Assembly: GCA_964016885.1 (NCBI GenBank)
Contig: OZ024751.1
Location: 44,764,001 to 44,828,000 of the forward strand
Direction of reading: 5' to 3'
Length of the DNA stretch: 64,000 nucleotides
Source: Eledone cirrhosa
Taxonomy: Eukaryota
Shown: positions 46,964 through 61,999 of the stretch, piece after piece
How positions within the stretch are numbered: position 1 is the first letter of the stretch
Layout of the letters: every line of letters starts with the position of its first letter
Program-made: the position numbers and the translations under genes
Notes under the pieces: generated by a model
What the model saw: the letters and a program-made list of their open reading frames with translations, nothing else
Databases searched by the model: none
What the model was told of the DNA's origin: nothing

Positions 46964-47858
46964 AATGTTTTCTTTATTAACCACAAGGGTTTACATAAAG
47001 TAGACATTAAGGACAGTACAGGACAATACAGGACGGTACAAATGGGCATTTCTGCGTGTAAAAAAAACAGAGGATGAAATAAAATAACAAAGAAAAATTC
47101 CCCAATAGGGGGGAGACTTCCGAGGGACATTTGTGGAGAAAGCCCATTAAAAGACCACAGTGGCCCTGACCACCAGGGCAAGTGCCCTCTCCCAGTTTTT
47201 CACCTTTAATTTACAGACACATACTCAGAGAAGGCCCATTCATTCGGGCCATACTTGCTTCTCTCACCCATCTTTCAACAAAATGCTGGGAAGAGAGCAC
47301 TTCCCTCTCTACCCTGATTTTCCTTTTCAGATGAAATTTGAAAAAGTTAATCAGGGCATCACCGAAGAGGTAAGTGCTCGTCTTCAGCCCTTTCAAACGT
47401 GTCCACCATACTATCTCTTTCGCCATGGCCACCAGACAGATAAAAACTGCCTGCCCTTCCCGGCTAAAGGAAGGGGGCGGGGCAATCCTCACGATGGACT
47501 CAGCTGATAGCTGGATCCGTCCTACACGTGACAGCAGGTGTTCGACATAAACCCACAAGTCAGCAATGCTCGGACACTGGACGAGTGCGTGCAGGATGGT
47601 TTCGTCGCCCTGCGCGCATCTCGGACATGCCCGGCTGACGGCACCTCCATGCCTGTAGAGTTTATCCCGAACTGGCAAAGCTCCTCGGTAGCACTGCCAG
47701 GCCAGGGATTTCTGGAAGTTGTCCATAGGCCCCGGCCCGAAAGTCCTTCCGAAGAGATTGGCTAGTTGATTTTCGTCGACGCCTAGAGTTTCTCCAAGTA
47801 CGTCGTCGCTCTTCCCCTCCACTAATCCCCTATAGAACGCCAAGGTGGAGTTTCCACA
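46964..47858 (-). mobile_element. Tx1/L1-clade LINE ORF2 C-terminus (zf-RVT-like) and 3'UTR in (AAT)n
   Basis: LAWQCYRGALPVRDKL..CPRC....ETILHALVQCP; 3'UTR with AATAAA and (ATT)n tail. Confidence 0.85.
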
Positions 47859-47974
47859 ATATATATATAATAGTAATAATAATAACAATAATAATAACGA
47901 CAACAACAATAATAATATACATATATATACACACACGCACACACACAAACATATCTATACACACACACGGTAGC

Positions 47975-48394
47975 AATTAACAGCGCTGCGATCGAATGTG
48001 GCTTTTTAGCCCAGCCATTGATCTAAAATGTCTTGCACAGAGTCGGCAACCAAAACATTCACTGGGAATAGCCAGAATAGATGATTGCGATCTTGTAGCG
48101 CATACAGAGAGTGATATGCAGCACCATTTGAATGTTCTGATGCTTGCACTGCCCCAGGATTGACTATCAGTCTCAAGAAAACCGTCGTCATGTACCAACC
48201 TGCCCATGGTAAACAGTACAGTGAACTAAATATCTATGTGTATGGTAAACGACTTGGAGTGGTTGATCATTTTGTCTACCTGGGAAGCACTGTCAATCGA
48301 TACAGCAACCTTGATAGCGAAATCTCACTTAGTATTAGGAAAGCAAGTGATACTTTCGGAAAGCTAGAAAGGCGACTCTGGGGTCGACGAGACA
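47975..48394. mobile_element. RTE (BovB-like) LINE fragment with internal inversion
   Basis: Plus 48081-48394: DDCDLVAHTE..LTISLKKTVVM..VDHFVYLGST..KASDTFGKL. Minus 47977-48080: CRLCARHFRSMAGLKSHIRS. Confidence 0.8.
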
Positions 48395-48404
48395 TACATA
48401 CATA

Positions 48405-49476
48405 CATGATGGCTGCCAACTCGTTTTCGAGTACGGCCATTACTTTATATCCATGTAGGAGAACCCCTACCAATGTGCTGAACGAGTGTGACTTTTTAGT
48501 CCAGCCAGCGACTTGAAAACTCTAGTACAAACACTACACCTGTGACAATTATTGACACATAGTGCTGGGCCCATGGTACCATGTGACGACAAGTGCAGAG
48601 AGATCTCCAGATATAAAGCAATGCCTGTGCTGTGAAGCTTTTATAGTGAGCAAAGGCACTGCACAAAGCCAGTCCCACTCTCTTAACCAAGATGATATTT
48701 ACCAAAAAGAAGAACAATTCAACATCATTGGATACCATCAGGGTTGCAGGTGTTATATCAGAGTTTTCCTTCTCCTAGAATTCTGCCTTGACAAAGGCTA
48801 AGGGGTCATCTCTCCCGGAGAATTCTGCCTTGACAAAGGCTAGGGGGTCATCATACATACATACATACATGGTGGCTGCCAACTCGTTTTCGAGTACGGC
48901 CACTACTTTATATCCATGTAGGAGAACCCCAACCGATGCGCTGAACGAGTGTGACTTTTCAGTCCAGCCAGCAACTTGAAAACTCTGGTACAAACACAAC
49001 ACTTGTGACAATCATTGACACAGTGCTGGGCCCATGGTACCATGTGACGACAAGTGCAGAGAGATCTCCAGATATAAAGCAATGCCTGTGCCGTGAAGTT
49101 TTTATAGTGAGCAAAGGCAGTGCACAAAGCCAGTCCCACTCTCTTAACGAAGATGATATTTACCAAAAAGAAGAACAAGTCAACATCATTGGATACCATC
49201 AGGGTTGCAGGTGTTATATGAGAGTTTTCCTTCTCCTAGAATTCTGCCTTGACAAAGGCTAAGGAGTCATCTCTCCCGGTGATTTTGGATGGCCATTGAC
49301 TCTTAAGAGCTCCTTTGCCCTTTGACAGGTTTTGTTTTTAGTTCTGCAGGATGTCCAAAGTCACCCTCCTCACCAAGAAACCTTGGTGGGGTTGCCAGTT
49401 TAGTCGCCAACGACCCGATCATGGGACAGGTTGTACTGGGATACATGTTACCAGTAACACCAACTGGTGACCTGAC
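48405..49476 (-). mobile_element. Two tandem copies of a non-autonomous RTE derivative (~620 bp unit at 48856-49476 and a truncated copy at 48405-48853) in (CATA)n
   Basis: RTE-type 5'UTR motif GGAGAAGGAAAACTCT, C2H2 remnant at the 3' end, (TATG)n tails, no RT coding sequence. Confidence 0.75.
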
Positions 49477-49998
49477 ATACATACATACATACATACATAC
49501 ATACATACATACATACATACATACATACATACATACACATAATATATATACATTCATGCATTCATACGAACATACGTACATCCACACATACATTCATACA
49601 TACATCCACACATTCACACATACATTCATACATTCATACATTCATACAAACATACAGACACACATACATACATACATATAAATATACATACATCCACACA
49701 TTCATACATACATACAAATATACATACATACATACATACATACATACATACATACATTCATGCATTCATACATCCTTACAAACATACATACAAACATACA
49801 TATATGCATATATTCATACATTCATACATACATACATACACCTACTTTCACACACACTTAGTGCCTTATGACTATTTAATATTCGTATTTTTACGTGAAA
49901 GTGTTTTCCTTAGTGGTTAGCTTGCTCGGCTCACGATCGTGAGAGCGGTTTCCGGTAGAGAAGCAAAACAAGAAAATATTATATGAAGGAGTTTATAT

Positions 49999-51045
49999 AG
50001 GGTGGTGGACTGGCAGTATCGGTAGAGGGTCGGACGCCATGCTTTGACGTATAGAGTTACGGTCCTTGCCATTCTGAGTTCAAATCCTGCCGAGGTTAAC
50101 TTTTCCTTTCATCCTTACGGGGTCGATAAAATAAAGTACCAGTAATGCACTGGGGTAATTGCTGGTCTTGTGCCAAAAGTAGAAACAATTATATGAGGGA
50201 GTTTTTTCACACCTACTGCAAATGTAACAGTTAGTTGCTACTAATGCACATTAAATCTTGAAATTATCCCGCCGAGGTTAACTTTGCCTTTCATCCTTAC
50301 GGGGGTCGATAAAATAAAGTACCAGTAATGCACTGGGGTAATTACTGGTCTTGTGCTAAAAGTAGAAACAATTAAATCTTGTAACTATTGAATTGGGGCA
50401 GTGGATTGGCAGTACCGGCAGAAGGTCGGATGACACGCTTTGCAGCATAGAGTTACGGCTCCTTATAATCTGAGTTCAAATCCCGTCGAGGTTAACTTTA
50501 CTTTTCATCCTTACGGGGTCGATAAAATAAAGTACCAGTAATACACTGGGGTCGATTTAATCGACTTTCCCCTCCCCTCAAATTACTGGCATTGTGCCTA
50601 TTCTAGAAATCATTATTGAATTGGGGCAGTGTATTGGCAGTACCGGTAGAAGGTCGGACGACATGCTTTGCAGCATAGAGTTACGGCCCTTTAAGATATA
50701 AGTTCAAGTTCCACCGAGGTTAACTTTGCCTTTCATCCTTACGCGGTCGGTAAAATAAAGTACCAGTAATGCACTGGGGCAATTGCTGACCTTGTGCCAA
50801 ACAGTTATTATTGAATTGGGGTGAAAGGTGTTGGATTGACACTATCGCTAGAGCATCAGACAACATACTTCACGGCATAGAGTTTTCTGCCCTTTACGTT
50901 CTGAGTTCAATCATGACAAGGTTAGCTGTGTCTTTCATCCATACGCGGTCGATAAAATATATTACCAGTAATGCACTGGGGTCGATTTAATCGACATTCT
51001 CCTCCTCTAATATTTTACCTGGTGCCTAAATCAGAAACCATTATT
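49999..51045 (+). mobile_element. Array of five SINE copies (short and long forms); more at 54080-54433 and 56160-56553
   Basis: Repeated SINE consensus with short duplicated junction sequences. Confidence 0.85.
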
Positions 51046-51452
51046 GACCTTGGGGTCAACTATATTATTGAGCAGATCCTATATATTTTTCTCACATATA
51101 CTTATATATATGTGTCTGTGAGTGTGTTTGTATGGATATATGTGTATGTATATGTGTATATGTGTTTAATCTCTGGTAGGGCACAACCTCCAAGAATATA
51201 GCCGTTCTTATCAGCACAAGTTTTTATTTTTTTTATTTATTTAATTTCATCGATCTCTATTTGTCGAACTGCTAATAAACAACATCAATTGTCAAAAGAT
51301 GTAGGAAAAAAACCAGGTACGGAATACCTCCCACACACATTGCATATATATACATCTCGGGAATTTTACCCGCCCTAGATATATATGCTTACATACATTC
51401 ACATTCATATAATAGGTGTGTGTACGAGCTTATGTGCTTATGTGCTTATATG

Positions 51453-51541
<89 letters not shown>

Positions 51542-52271
51542 GTGTGTGTGTATACATATATGTGTGTGCATATGCATACACCATTAGCAGCATTCATTTA
51601 AACTAAGATTTTTCTATGGGAAAAAATGTAGGTGGTGCTACGTCTATAAGGCAAACATCCCCATCATTCGTTACATTTTAAAATAAACCTGTCCTCTTTT
51701 CTTTACATTATCTATTAAATAAAAAGTATTCACTAATTTCATTCATCAGAGCTTTCCGGTTCTTTCTTTAAAATGTCTTGCATAATTACAAAAGATCTAA
51801 GGGCTAAGACATTCTTTCACTTAGAACTTAAGTACTTTTCAATAATGTGTATTCCATTGTTTTCTTTAATTAATCTGCATTTTCCTCGAATTCCTACATA
51901 TATAAATATTTATGTGATTCTGAATGCGCTGTAAGTAATAGCCAAATGACACCGAGAAATTACATAATATTTTCTAAAGACACTTCACCAGCTACCGACT
52001 TAAAAAAAAAAGCACCATTGACACAGTACCTAATTCAACGATTGCTGCAACAATCGTTTCAACTGAAATTAAACGTTAATTACAGATGGCGAATTGGCAG
52101 AGCCATTACAACGTCGGATAGAATAGTTTGTGGTATTTGTTCTGACTCTTTGTTCTCTGGGTTTCAGATCCCACGAAGTTCAACTTTATCTTTCATCCTT
52201 TAGAGGTCGATAAAAAAAGTATTATATTTTTAGTATTCGAGTCGATTCTTCCGCTATATCTCTTTCTCACC

Positions 52272-52331
<60 letters not shown>

Positions 52332-52770
52332 CTCTCGCCTACTTTCTATCCTTCGTTGGAGGAAATCTTCTGTATTTAAACCTGGAGAGGAGATAGACTC
52401 CGCTATGTTTTAAAATGCCAAAGAAACGCTATATGCCACTACAGCGCCTCTACGACTCCATCACGAGTTACGGGACCTTACTATACCAAACATTAGTAAC
52501 AACTCTCACTACCACACGTTGCAAATTACGACCATCTTGCTTATCTCTCGACATGCTAGAGTTAGCAGTCAATATCTTTAAGTAAAGATTAAAGATAATC
52601 TAATCTTCACAACTGCTATAATAAGGGAACGCCTATATCTGAAATGCTTTCGATTATGATGAGATTGCGAAATTCTTTCAGAAATTCATCTGACCATTCT
52701 GATAAGAACATCGCTCAATTTTGATCTCTACATTCCTACCATATTAATGACAACACACACATACACATAA

Positions 52771-52801
<31 letters not shown>

Positions 52802-52841
52802 AGTGCGTGAGTGCGTGTATGCATATATACGTGCACATATG

Positions 52842-52916
<75 letters not shown>

Positions 52917-52975
52917 GATATGTCTTATGTGTGGTATTGTGATATAATGTGTAGACCAGGAGACAGTGGGAGAGA

Positions 52976-53035
<60 letters not shown>

Positions 53036-54503
53036 GTTCCTGGTAACCGTATTAAAGAAAATATGGAATAGAGGGGGGGATAATATCAGTAACAACAGTG
53101 ATAAGGTTAAGATGGTGGTGATGATGATGATGATGATGATGATGATTACTGAATTTACTGCATTATATTTTTTTCTTTTTTCTTTTCTTTCTCTAATGAT
53201 ATTTTAATAGCATTCAAGATTTCCAAATAATAAAATTATCAAAAAGAGTAAAATTATGAGCCTATATATCAGGTTTCCTTCAAACATGTACACAGCATTA
53301 TTATTGATTAAAATTACATTTTTGTAAATCAAGAGGGTGTGAAAATATATATAAAAAAGTAAAACTAAACCCGTCAGACCAATTCAATATGATTCTCAAA
53401 AATATCCCTTGTCGTAACACCCTTCTTGTAGAATAGTTAAGATTTATATTGCATCTCAACACAATTATATATTTATAAAACTCCATACAATAAAATTTAT
53501 GAAAGCTTATATGAACATAATATATATGTAGATATGTACATAATAATACGTGTGAGTGTGCGTGTGCCGTGTATGTATGTATGTATGTATGTATGTATGT
53601 TTGTATGTATGAATGTATGAATGTATGTATGTATGTATGAATGTATGTATGTATGTATGCATGTATGTATGTATGTTCTTCTGGTTTATAATTTCACAAT
53701 TTTTGCCAATAGAGAGAGAAGGTTTCTAGCATAGACACAAGACTCTCTCATTGGAATTTACGCAACATCAACTAGGTAGATATGTATGTATGTCTAACAT
53801 GCATGCATGTGTGTGCAGGTATGGATGTTATTGTATGTGTGGATGTGTATGTTTTGGGTTGTATGTGTGCATGTGCATATGGTTTGTATCTGTATAAGTG
53901 TATATGCAGTTATTAGATGCAGAATGTTTGGAATGTATGTATGTATGTACGTATGCAAGTACGTATGTATGTACATATGTATGTACGTATGTATGTATGC
54001 ATGTATGTATGTATGTTTGTACATATGTTCTTCTGGTTTAATTTATTCTAAAATTTTCTTTGTGACATATTGTTATAGTCGTTTACGGTCTCAGTTCAAA
54101 TCTCGTCGAAGTTAGCTTTGCTCTTCACCCTTATAGGGTCGATAAAATAAAGTACCAGTAATGCACTGAGTCAATATAAATCAACTTTCCTCTCCCCACA
54201 AAATTGTTGGCCTTATGTCAAAACCAGATGCCATTATTTTATAGTGATGGATTGGTAGTATCGGTAGAGGGTCGGATGTCATGCTTTGCTGCAAAGAGTT
54301 ACGGCCCTTTATGGTCTGAGTTCAAATCCCGCCGAGGTTAACTTTGCCTTTCATCCTTACGGGGTCGATAAAATAAAGTACCAGTAATGTACTGGGTAAT
54401 TGCTGGCCTTGTGCCAAAAGTAGAAACAATTATTTTTTAAATTTTTATTGGAATTAAGAAAGCATCAACTAGGTAAATACGTATGTATGTTTGTGTGCGT
54501 GTG

Positions 54504-54541
<38 letters not shown>

Positions 54542-54624
54542 TGTGTGTGTGTGTGTGCGTGTGTGCGTGTGTGTATGTGTATGTGTGGGTGTGTGGGTGT
54601 GGGTGTAGGTGTGTGTGTGTGTGT

Positions 54625-54690
<66 letters not shown>

Positions 54691-56597
54691 TTTACTGAAT
54701 ATATCGGTGAAAATTCTGGATATATATGTTCTACTTTGAGTTCTAGATGCACCCTTGTCCCACTATCTCACTGAAATCAGTAATTCGTTCATTGAAACCG
54801 TTTGACTACTGGTCCTACTTCCCTCAAATTGCAATATATAAAAACTAAATTAAATTAAGGGTTTTTTCCTGACAGAAATACGACTTAATCCACAATTATT
54901 TTGACACCTGCCAAAATAAGAATAAATATATGTCAAGTTTGCTAGGAAAAAAATGCTTAAATTTGCATTTTGAAGAAAATTATAAACAAATAACTATAGT
55001 ATTGTGTTATAGGACCTCACAACGCGCCTTCATACCCGAGAGAATGATCGTTATAGAGAGAAGATATAAGTAGAAAGCGATGTTACACCAATTTCGCTAA
55101 TATACTTGTCCTCTCAGTCGCTTTACTCCACGGAGACCGGAATAAGCCTGATGAACCTCTAAGCCGGGACAGACTCTAGATATGATTGAAATGTAAGAAA
55201 CTGTTTTTCACATCTCTATCGATTATCGATTCCTTTAATCACTTCGTCATCAAGCTAGAAACGAAATCCCTGAACATTTATTTTAGAAGCAAACCTGTAT
55301 TTGACGATATACCCTCAACAATGCTCAGGCTGTAACATAAATCTCTTGATAGTTACTGCAATGTCACTTTTGGGTAATGTTTTAAAAGGTTAAATATCGT
55401 AATTCATCAGGTGTCTCAGAGAGTTGTTGAAATCCATTATTATACTTCAGATTCGTGGTTAAGCGGCGTCATGATTCGGCCCAACTAAATCGAATGCTAA
55501 CAAGGTCAAATTGCACGTAACAGAAGGAAAGTGAGGGCTCCTTTCAAGGTCGTAAGAGCCCTAAAGATATTCTCTAGATTCTGAACGTATGACATGTAAA
55601 GGTTAAGGGATAAGAGGAAGAAAGAAAGAAAGCAAGAAATTGTTTATTCAAATGCATCGGCGGATTAAGCTGTGTAGGAAGTTTCTTTTCTTTTCTAAGG
55701 AGCTTAAGAGATTTACATTTGGTACCAGCTAGGATCACAATTGGTGGTCTAATTATTATCATTAATTTTGTTATTGTTATCATCATCACAATCATCGACA
55801 GTATCATCATCATCATCGTCGTCAATATTATCATCATCATCATGATCATCATCATCATCATCGTCGTCGTCGTCATCATTATTACTATCACTTCATCATC
55901 ACCATCACCTCATCATCATTATAACCATCATCATCATCATCATCATCATCATCAGTATCATCATTACCATCACTTTATCATCATCATCATTATAACCATC
56001 ATCATTATCATCATTATCATCATTACCATCACTTTATCATCATCATCATCATCATCATTATAACCATCATCATCATCATCATCATCATCATTATCAGCCT
56101 CATCATCAACATCAACATCATCATCATCATTATCAGCCCCATCATCGTAAATATTGTCATTCGTTTGGTAGAAATGGTAAAGTGACAAACAAAATGCTTT
56201 GCGGCATTTGTTCCTATTCTATATATTCCGAGTTCAAGTCCCAGGGAGGTCAATGTTGCCTTGCGTCTTTCCAGAAAAAATACAATTAAGTACCACTAGT
56301 TAAATACTGGGATCGATTTAATCTATTTTCCCCTCGCCACAAAATTGTTGGCCTTGTGCCTATATAAGAAACCATTAGTATTGGTAGAGGGTCGGACAGC
56401 ATGCTTTGCAGCAAAGAGTTATGGCCCTTTATGGTCTGAGTTCAAACCCCGCGAAGGTTAACTTTGCCTTTCATCCCTACGGGGTCGATAAAATAAAGTA
56501 CCAGTAATGCACTGGGATAATTGCTGGTCTTGTGCCAAAAGTATAAACAATTATTAACGATGGTGATATTAATAATTTGGATCCTGCTGATTATTAC

Positions 56598-56982
56598 GAC
56601 GGCGTTTTGGCGGTGTTTGGCGGCGTTTGGCGACGTTTGGCGGTGTTTGGCGGCTTTTTGGCGGCTTTTAGCGGCTTTTAACGGCTTCTGGCGGCTTTTC
56701 ACGGCTTTTGACGGCTTTTAACGGCTTTTAACGGCTTTTGGTGGCTTTTAACGACTTTTAGCGGCTTTTGGCAGCTTTTCACGGCTTTTAACGGCTTTTG
56801 ACGGCTTGTAACGGCTTTTGGTGGCTTTTAACGGCTTTTGGCAGCTTTTCACGGCTTTTAACGGCGTTTGACGGCTTTTAACGGCTTTTAACGGCTTTTG
56901 GTGGATTTTAACGACTTTTAACAGCTTTTGGCAGCTTTTCACGGCTTTTCACGGCTTTTGACGCCTTTTAACGGCTTTTGGC
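56598..56982. repeat. 10-bp minisatellite (ACGGCTTTTA-like)
   Basis: About 38 degenerate tandem units. Confidence 0.9.
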
Positions 56983-57582
56983 GTTCTGTGTTCAGATTCC
57001 TTTAGTTCTCCCTCAATGTTATACGAAGTCCATCAGGCTGGGTGTCTTTAGCGAAGTTCACATTGTTGCAAGCATTTGGATCTTGTCTCTGAATTAATGT
57101 TACCTTCCATCCCTCCACGTCTGTTGGGGGTCCCTAATGTTCCATCCCCACCAATAATATCAGAGGGAGGAGAGGGATAGTTAGAATAGTCATGGCTGCT
57201 GCCCATCTTCTCCGACTAAAATGTAAATATAAACAAACAAACAATAACAAAAAAATTAAAAATTAAGTCGTAGTCGCGAAAATGTGTGAATTTAAATTTC
57301 TTCCAATGTAACAAGTATTTGTAGTAAGAAAATAAGTTAATTTAAATAAAATGCCACATTTTTCTCATGATAGCGGATGTAATTAATTCAGGACATTTCT
57401 ATTTCGTACTTAATGATACACCGTGGGAAACTGGCCATTGAGAGAGAAACCCCCGATATCAATGGTCTCGAAGTTACTGTTGTTTTAGAAACAATGGTTA
57501 CGACAAGTAACGTGATGTTGGTCAAAATGGTTCACACAATGAACAGCCCTGAGAACAACCCATTCAGAATTACGATCAATAT

Positions 57583-57926
57583 GCGGCACATGGCTTAGTG
57601 GTTAGAGCATTGGCTTTGCAATCGAAAAGTTGTGAGTTCAATTCTCAGACCGGGTGATGTGTTGTTTCCTTGAGCAAGACACTTTATTTCACATTGCTCC
57701 AGTTTACTCAACTGTAGAAATGAGATGATAGGGACTCCAGTCCCTATCATTCCACTGGAAAGTGGTTGTGGAGGTGTCACGGCAAAAAAGCACCCAGCAC
57801 TCACTGTAAATGAGGTTGGTGTTAGGAAGGGCATCCAGCTGTAGAAATCAAGCCAGTATCAGTTCCCGTCCCACCCTTGCAAGCAGGGAAAAAGCGGACG
57901 TAAAATGAAATGATGATGATGATGAT
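57583..57926 (+). mobile_element. Second tRNA-derived SINE (CORE-like body, (ATG)n tail); relatives at 13228-13460 + and 58480-58630 -
   Basis: TGGCTTAGTGGTTAGAGC A-box, GAGTTCAATTC B-box, CCTTGAGCAAGACACTT core. Confidence 0.75.
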
Positions 57927-58943
57927 GCATGTCACATTGAAGCAACGTTACTCCAAAATTTCACGTTGAAATGAAAAGCAACGTTACTCCGAAAGAACAC
58001 TTCGAATATTAGTGGAATAGGTCTCCGTCGGTTTCAACGATGGGTGTTTTTGTTGTTAGATCAATGGAACTCACAACATACGCCTAATATTAACATGTAA
58101 TGCGGCTGAGCATTCCACAAACATGTGTAACTATAGGCTATTAAGTGTGACACAGTGTGTATCAAGTATCAAATCTGGTACAGTCCACCATCCGACAGGT
58201 TTCCAAACTATTTTGATCTCCCGAATCCCCCCCCCCACACACACAAGGCATGGATCTACCCGAGGATGCGGGAAATGACACAGAGAGGGACAAAAGCCTG
58301 ATTTTTGCGTAGCGAACTTCTTAACTAGTCGAATATGCTGCATCTAAAAGTTTAAAGCCTGTCTCAAGACAAGAGGCTCACCAGGCCAGTGCTTATCCCG
58401 GTTTTTGTGGTTTAAAGCGACTGAGAATACATGACTCCCCACTGGACATGACGCCAGTCCATCGCAGGGTTAAACTTCTACCATTTGCTAGTACTCATTT
58501 TCAGCTGAGTATCTTGGAACAACATGAAATGAAGTGTTTTGATCAAGAACACAACAGACACCCAGTCCAGGAATCGACATCAGGACATCACGATCGTAAG
58601 TCCAACACCCTTACCACTAGACCATGCTGCATCCACAAGCGAAAATTTGTACAAAACTTTGAAACATCTATCTTTCTTTTGGAATAAAAACCGCAAACTT
58701 TCTCAACAAAGACTTACCACCAGAAAGTTTCAGGCGGTAATTGACGGCCGACGAGGTAGTCTCATCGGGGGGTTATAAAAGGGCCACTAGGTGGTCATCG
58801 ACAAACTAGAAATAGCAATCCAGCATTCCTCAAATCACAACTCCAGAGTTACACAAGTAAAAAAAAATGTTGGATATTTTAACCGTAGATGTAGGTGTTT
58901 TAAGGGTTTAAGCAAAACCAACAACAGTAGCAGAAGCAGCAGC

Positions 58944-58980
<37 letters not shown>

Positions 58981-59323
58981 GTAGCAGCAGCAACAACAAC
59001 AGCAGCACCAACAACAACAGCAACGAAACGATAACAATATAGTTAAAATATTACACACACTATCTAAAACAAGTGGAAGATGAGAGGATAATTTGTGTCA
59101 ACTCAAACAAGAATTGTGTTTTGTTTTGATTGATGATCAACAAAAACAACAATAGTAACAACAAGAAATACTACTACAACAGCAACAACAACAACAACAA
59201 CGACAACAAGCAGATGCCTTTTTCTAAATTAGAGAATGTGACTCTACCACTATATTCCTAATGAAAACATTAACTTTTAACAAAAGAAACACTTTGGAAA
59301 TCATTACTATTGTTGTTATTTTT

Positions 59324-59359
<36 letters not shown>

Positions 59360-59536
59360 AGCCCCTTTTGTTTTGCGCTTTTAATTAATAAATGTAGTGG
59401 AATTTTTACACACACAATCTTGCATGCAAGCAAGTACATTCACACCAACCCCCCTCCCCTCCCCCCCACACGCGTCCACCCACAAACACAGTTATGCGAA
59501 CCCTCAGCCATACATACACACATACAGAAAGCTGCT

Positions 59537-59599
<63 letters not shown>

Positions 59600-59659
59600 T
59601 TACATATATGTATATATATATATACTTACATATATGTATATATATATATATATACTTAC

Positions 59660-59750
<91 letters not shown>

Positions 59751-59752
59751 CT

Positions 59753-59812
<60 letters not shown>

Positions 59813-59843
59813 CATATATGTAAGTATATATATATATACTTAC

Positions 59844-60059
<216 letters not shown>

Positions 60060-60060
60060 T

Positions 60061-60101
<41 letters not shown>

Positions 60102-60155
60102 TAAGAGAGTAAAACAAAAAAGGTGTTTAACTCCAACACACTCCAGTATTTTAAC

Positions 60156-60198
<43 letters not shown>

Positions 60199-60325
60199 CA
60201 TATGTATACATATGGTAATCAGAGAAAGAATGTGAAAACTATCAGCAGTTCACTGCACTTATGTAGCGAAATAAAACAAAACAAATCACAATTATATATA
60301 CATTATATATATATATTATATACAC

Positions 60326-60357
<32 letters not shown>

Positions 60358-60365
60358 ATATATAT

Positions 60366-60454
<89 letters not shown>

Positions 60455-60819
60455 TATACATATAAAACAACAAAAAAACAACAACATCATTGTCGAATAA
60501 AAAAAAGCATCAAGAAGACCAACAAACACAACAACGACAACAACAATAACAACAATATCAACACCACCACAACCTACAACACCAACAAAAAGCCCCATAT
60601 ATCTTGAAAGAAGTTCGGTACTAGTAAGTGAGAAAGTGAAGTGAGCGTGTGACAAGTTAGTTTCCGTTCAAATGAAAGGGAAAAAGAGGGAAAACGAGTA
60701 AAAAAAAAATCTTAGAAGAAACATTTAAGTTTAATACTACAAAGGTTAAACACACGAAGGAGTGCTTAGGAGATTTTGCTTACACACACACACACACAAA
60801 CATACACACAAACACACAC

Positions 60820-60860
<41 letters not shown>

Positions 60861-60975
60861 CATACATATATGTATGTATATATATATATATATATGTGTG
60901 TTGAGTCGTCAAGTATGAAATTTGTAGAAGGTTGTTTTTTTCTACAAATTTCTACACATTTCATACTTGATGACA

Positions 60976-61186
<211 letters not shown>

Positions 61187-61339
61187 TATTAAAGTGCAAG
61201 TCAATTGCGTCCATAGACGGTAAGCCGAATAAGCACTCGATGCTCTTGTGGAGCAGAGTATAAATAGTATTATATCCGATTATTATTCCGATTCCAGAGT
61301 CAGGTTCCATCATTAATAGATTGTTCCTCGATCTGGTCG

Positions 61340-61511
61340 ACAGTGTTTCATTCAAAAGAAATCATCAGGAAAGCCTTGATGATATCAGAGCTTTCCTGGT
61401 CATTTATTTTGGGTGAAACAGTTCTTCTCCTGTAGAAGCTTGATGTTTACGCTCTACTAATGTAATTGAATGCCCAACTTACTGTGGTTAGCCGCGATTA
61501 AACCCGGGACT

Positions 61512-61512
<1 letters not shown>
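61340..61512 (+). mobile_element. Degenerate fold-back element family H5
   Basis: TTTCATTC..AAATCATCAGGAAAGC arm, GAAACAGTTCT..CTGTAGAAGC, and a CTTACTGTGGTTA tail shared with the other H5 copies. Confidence 0.6.
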
Positions 61513-61562
<50 letters not shown>

Positions 61563-61672
61563 TCCAGTTCCTCAGTGAATTAACAACCCAACAAGGAACT
61601 GGGCATATCTGAGTATTGACAATATTATACACCTAAACAACATATGTACTTGTCTATACCATACTAATTCAA

Positions 61673-61727
61673 ACTGCCTGAAGAGGTCACAGCCAAAGAG
61701 GGCTGTCACTGAAATATATATAGCAGT
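61673..61727 (+). ncRNA. Minimal type I hammerhead in a (TA)n-embedded element (61561-61828)
   Basis: ACTGC-CTGAAGA-GGT-C-ACAGCC-AAAGAG-GGCTGT-C-ACT-GAAA-TATATATA-GCAGT. Confidence 0.85.
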
Positions 61728-61920
61728 AATAAACGAAGCTAAATTTTAATCATTTGACATTTATTTAACTTTATTTTACACTACTCCGGAGTAACCAAAC
61801 CAACCTGCGCACTACGTCGAGTGCTCCATATATATATAAATTGATGAGCAGAACAAACAAACATTAAACAATCCTTTAAATAAATTTAAAAAATGATTTA
61901 AATATCTACCTGTTCATAAT

Positions 61921-61999
61921 GCTATTACCGGCGGTTTCCATCTACAAAAGATTGGAAATTCAGAGAATTTCCAACGGAAAGTAGATTTCATCAGATAGC
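61921..61999 (-). ncRNA. Type I hammerhead in a doubly inverted element (61836-62414)
   Basis: Minus strand: GCTAT-CTGATGA-AATCTAC..TTGGAAATTC-TCT-GAATTTCCAA..GTAGATG-GAAA-CCGCCGGTA-ATAGC. Confidence 0.78.

Noticed and set aside
55118-55192. AG/GT-bounded segment containing CTGATGA..GAAA
   Set aside because: Stops in all three frames, and no stem I or helix III pairing for a hammerhead.
56442-56942. KSRQKPLKA-repeat ORFs
   Set aside because: Translation of the 10-bp minisatellite.
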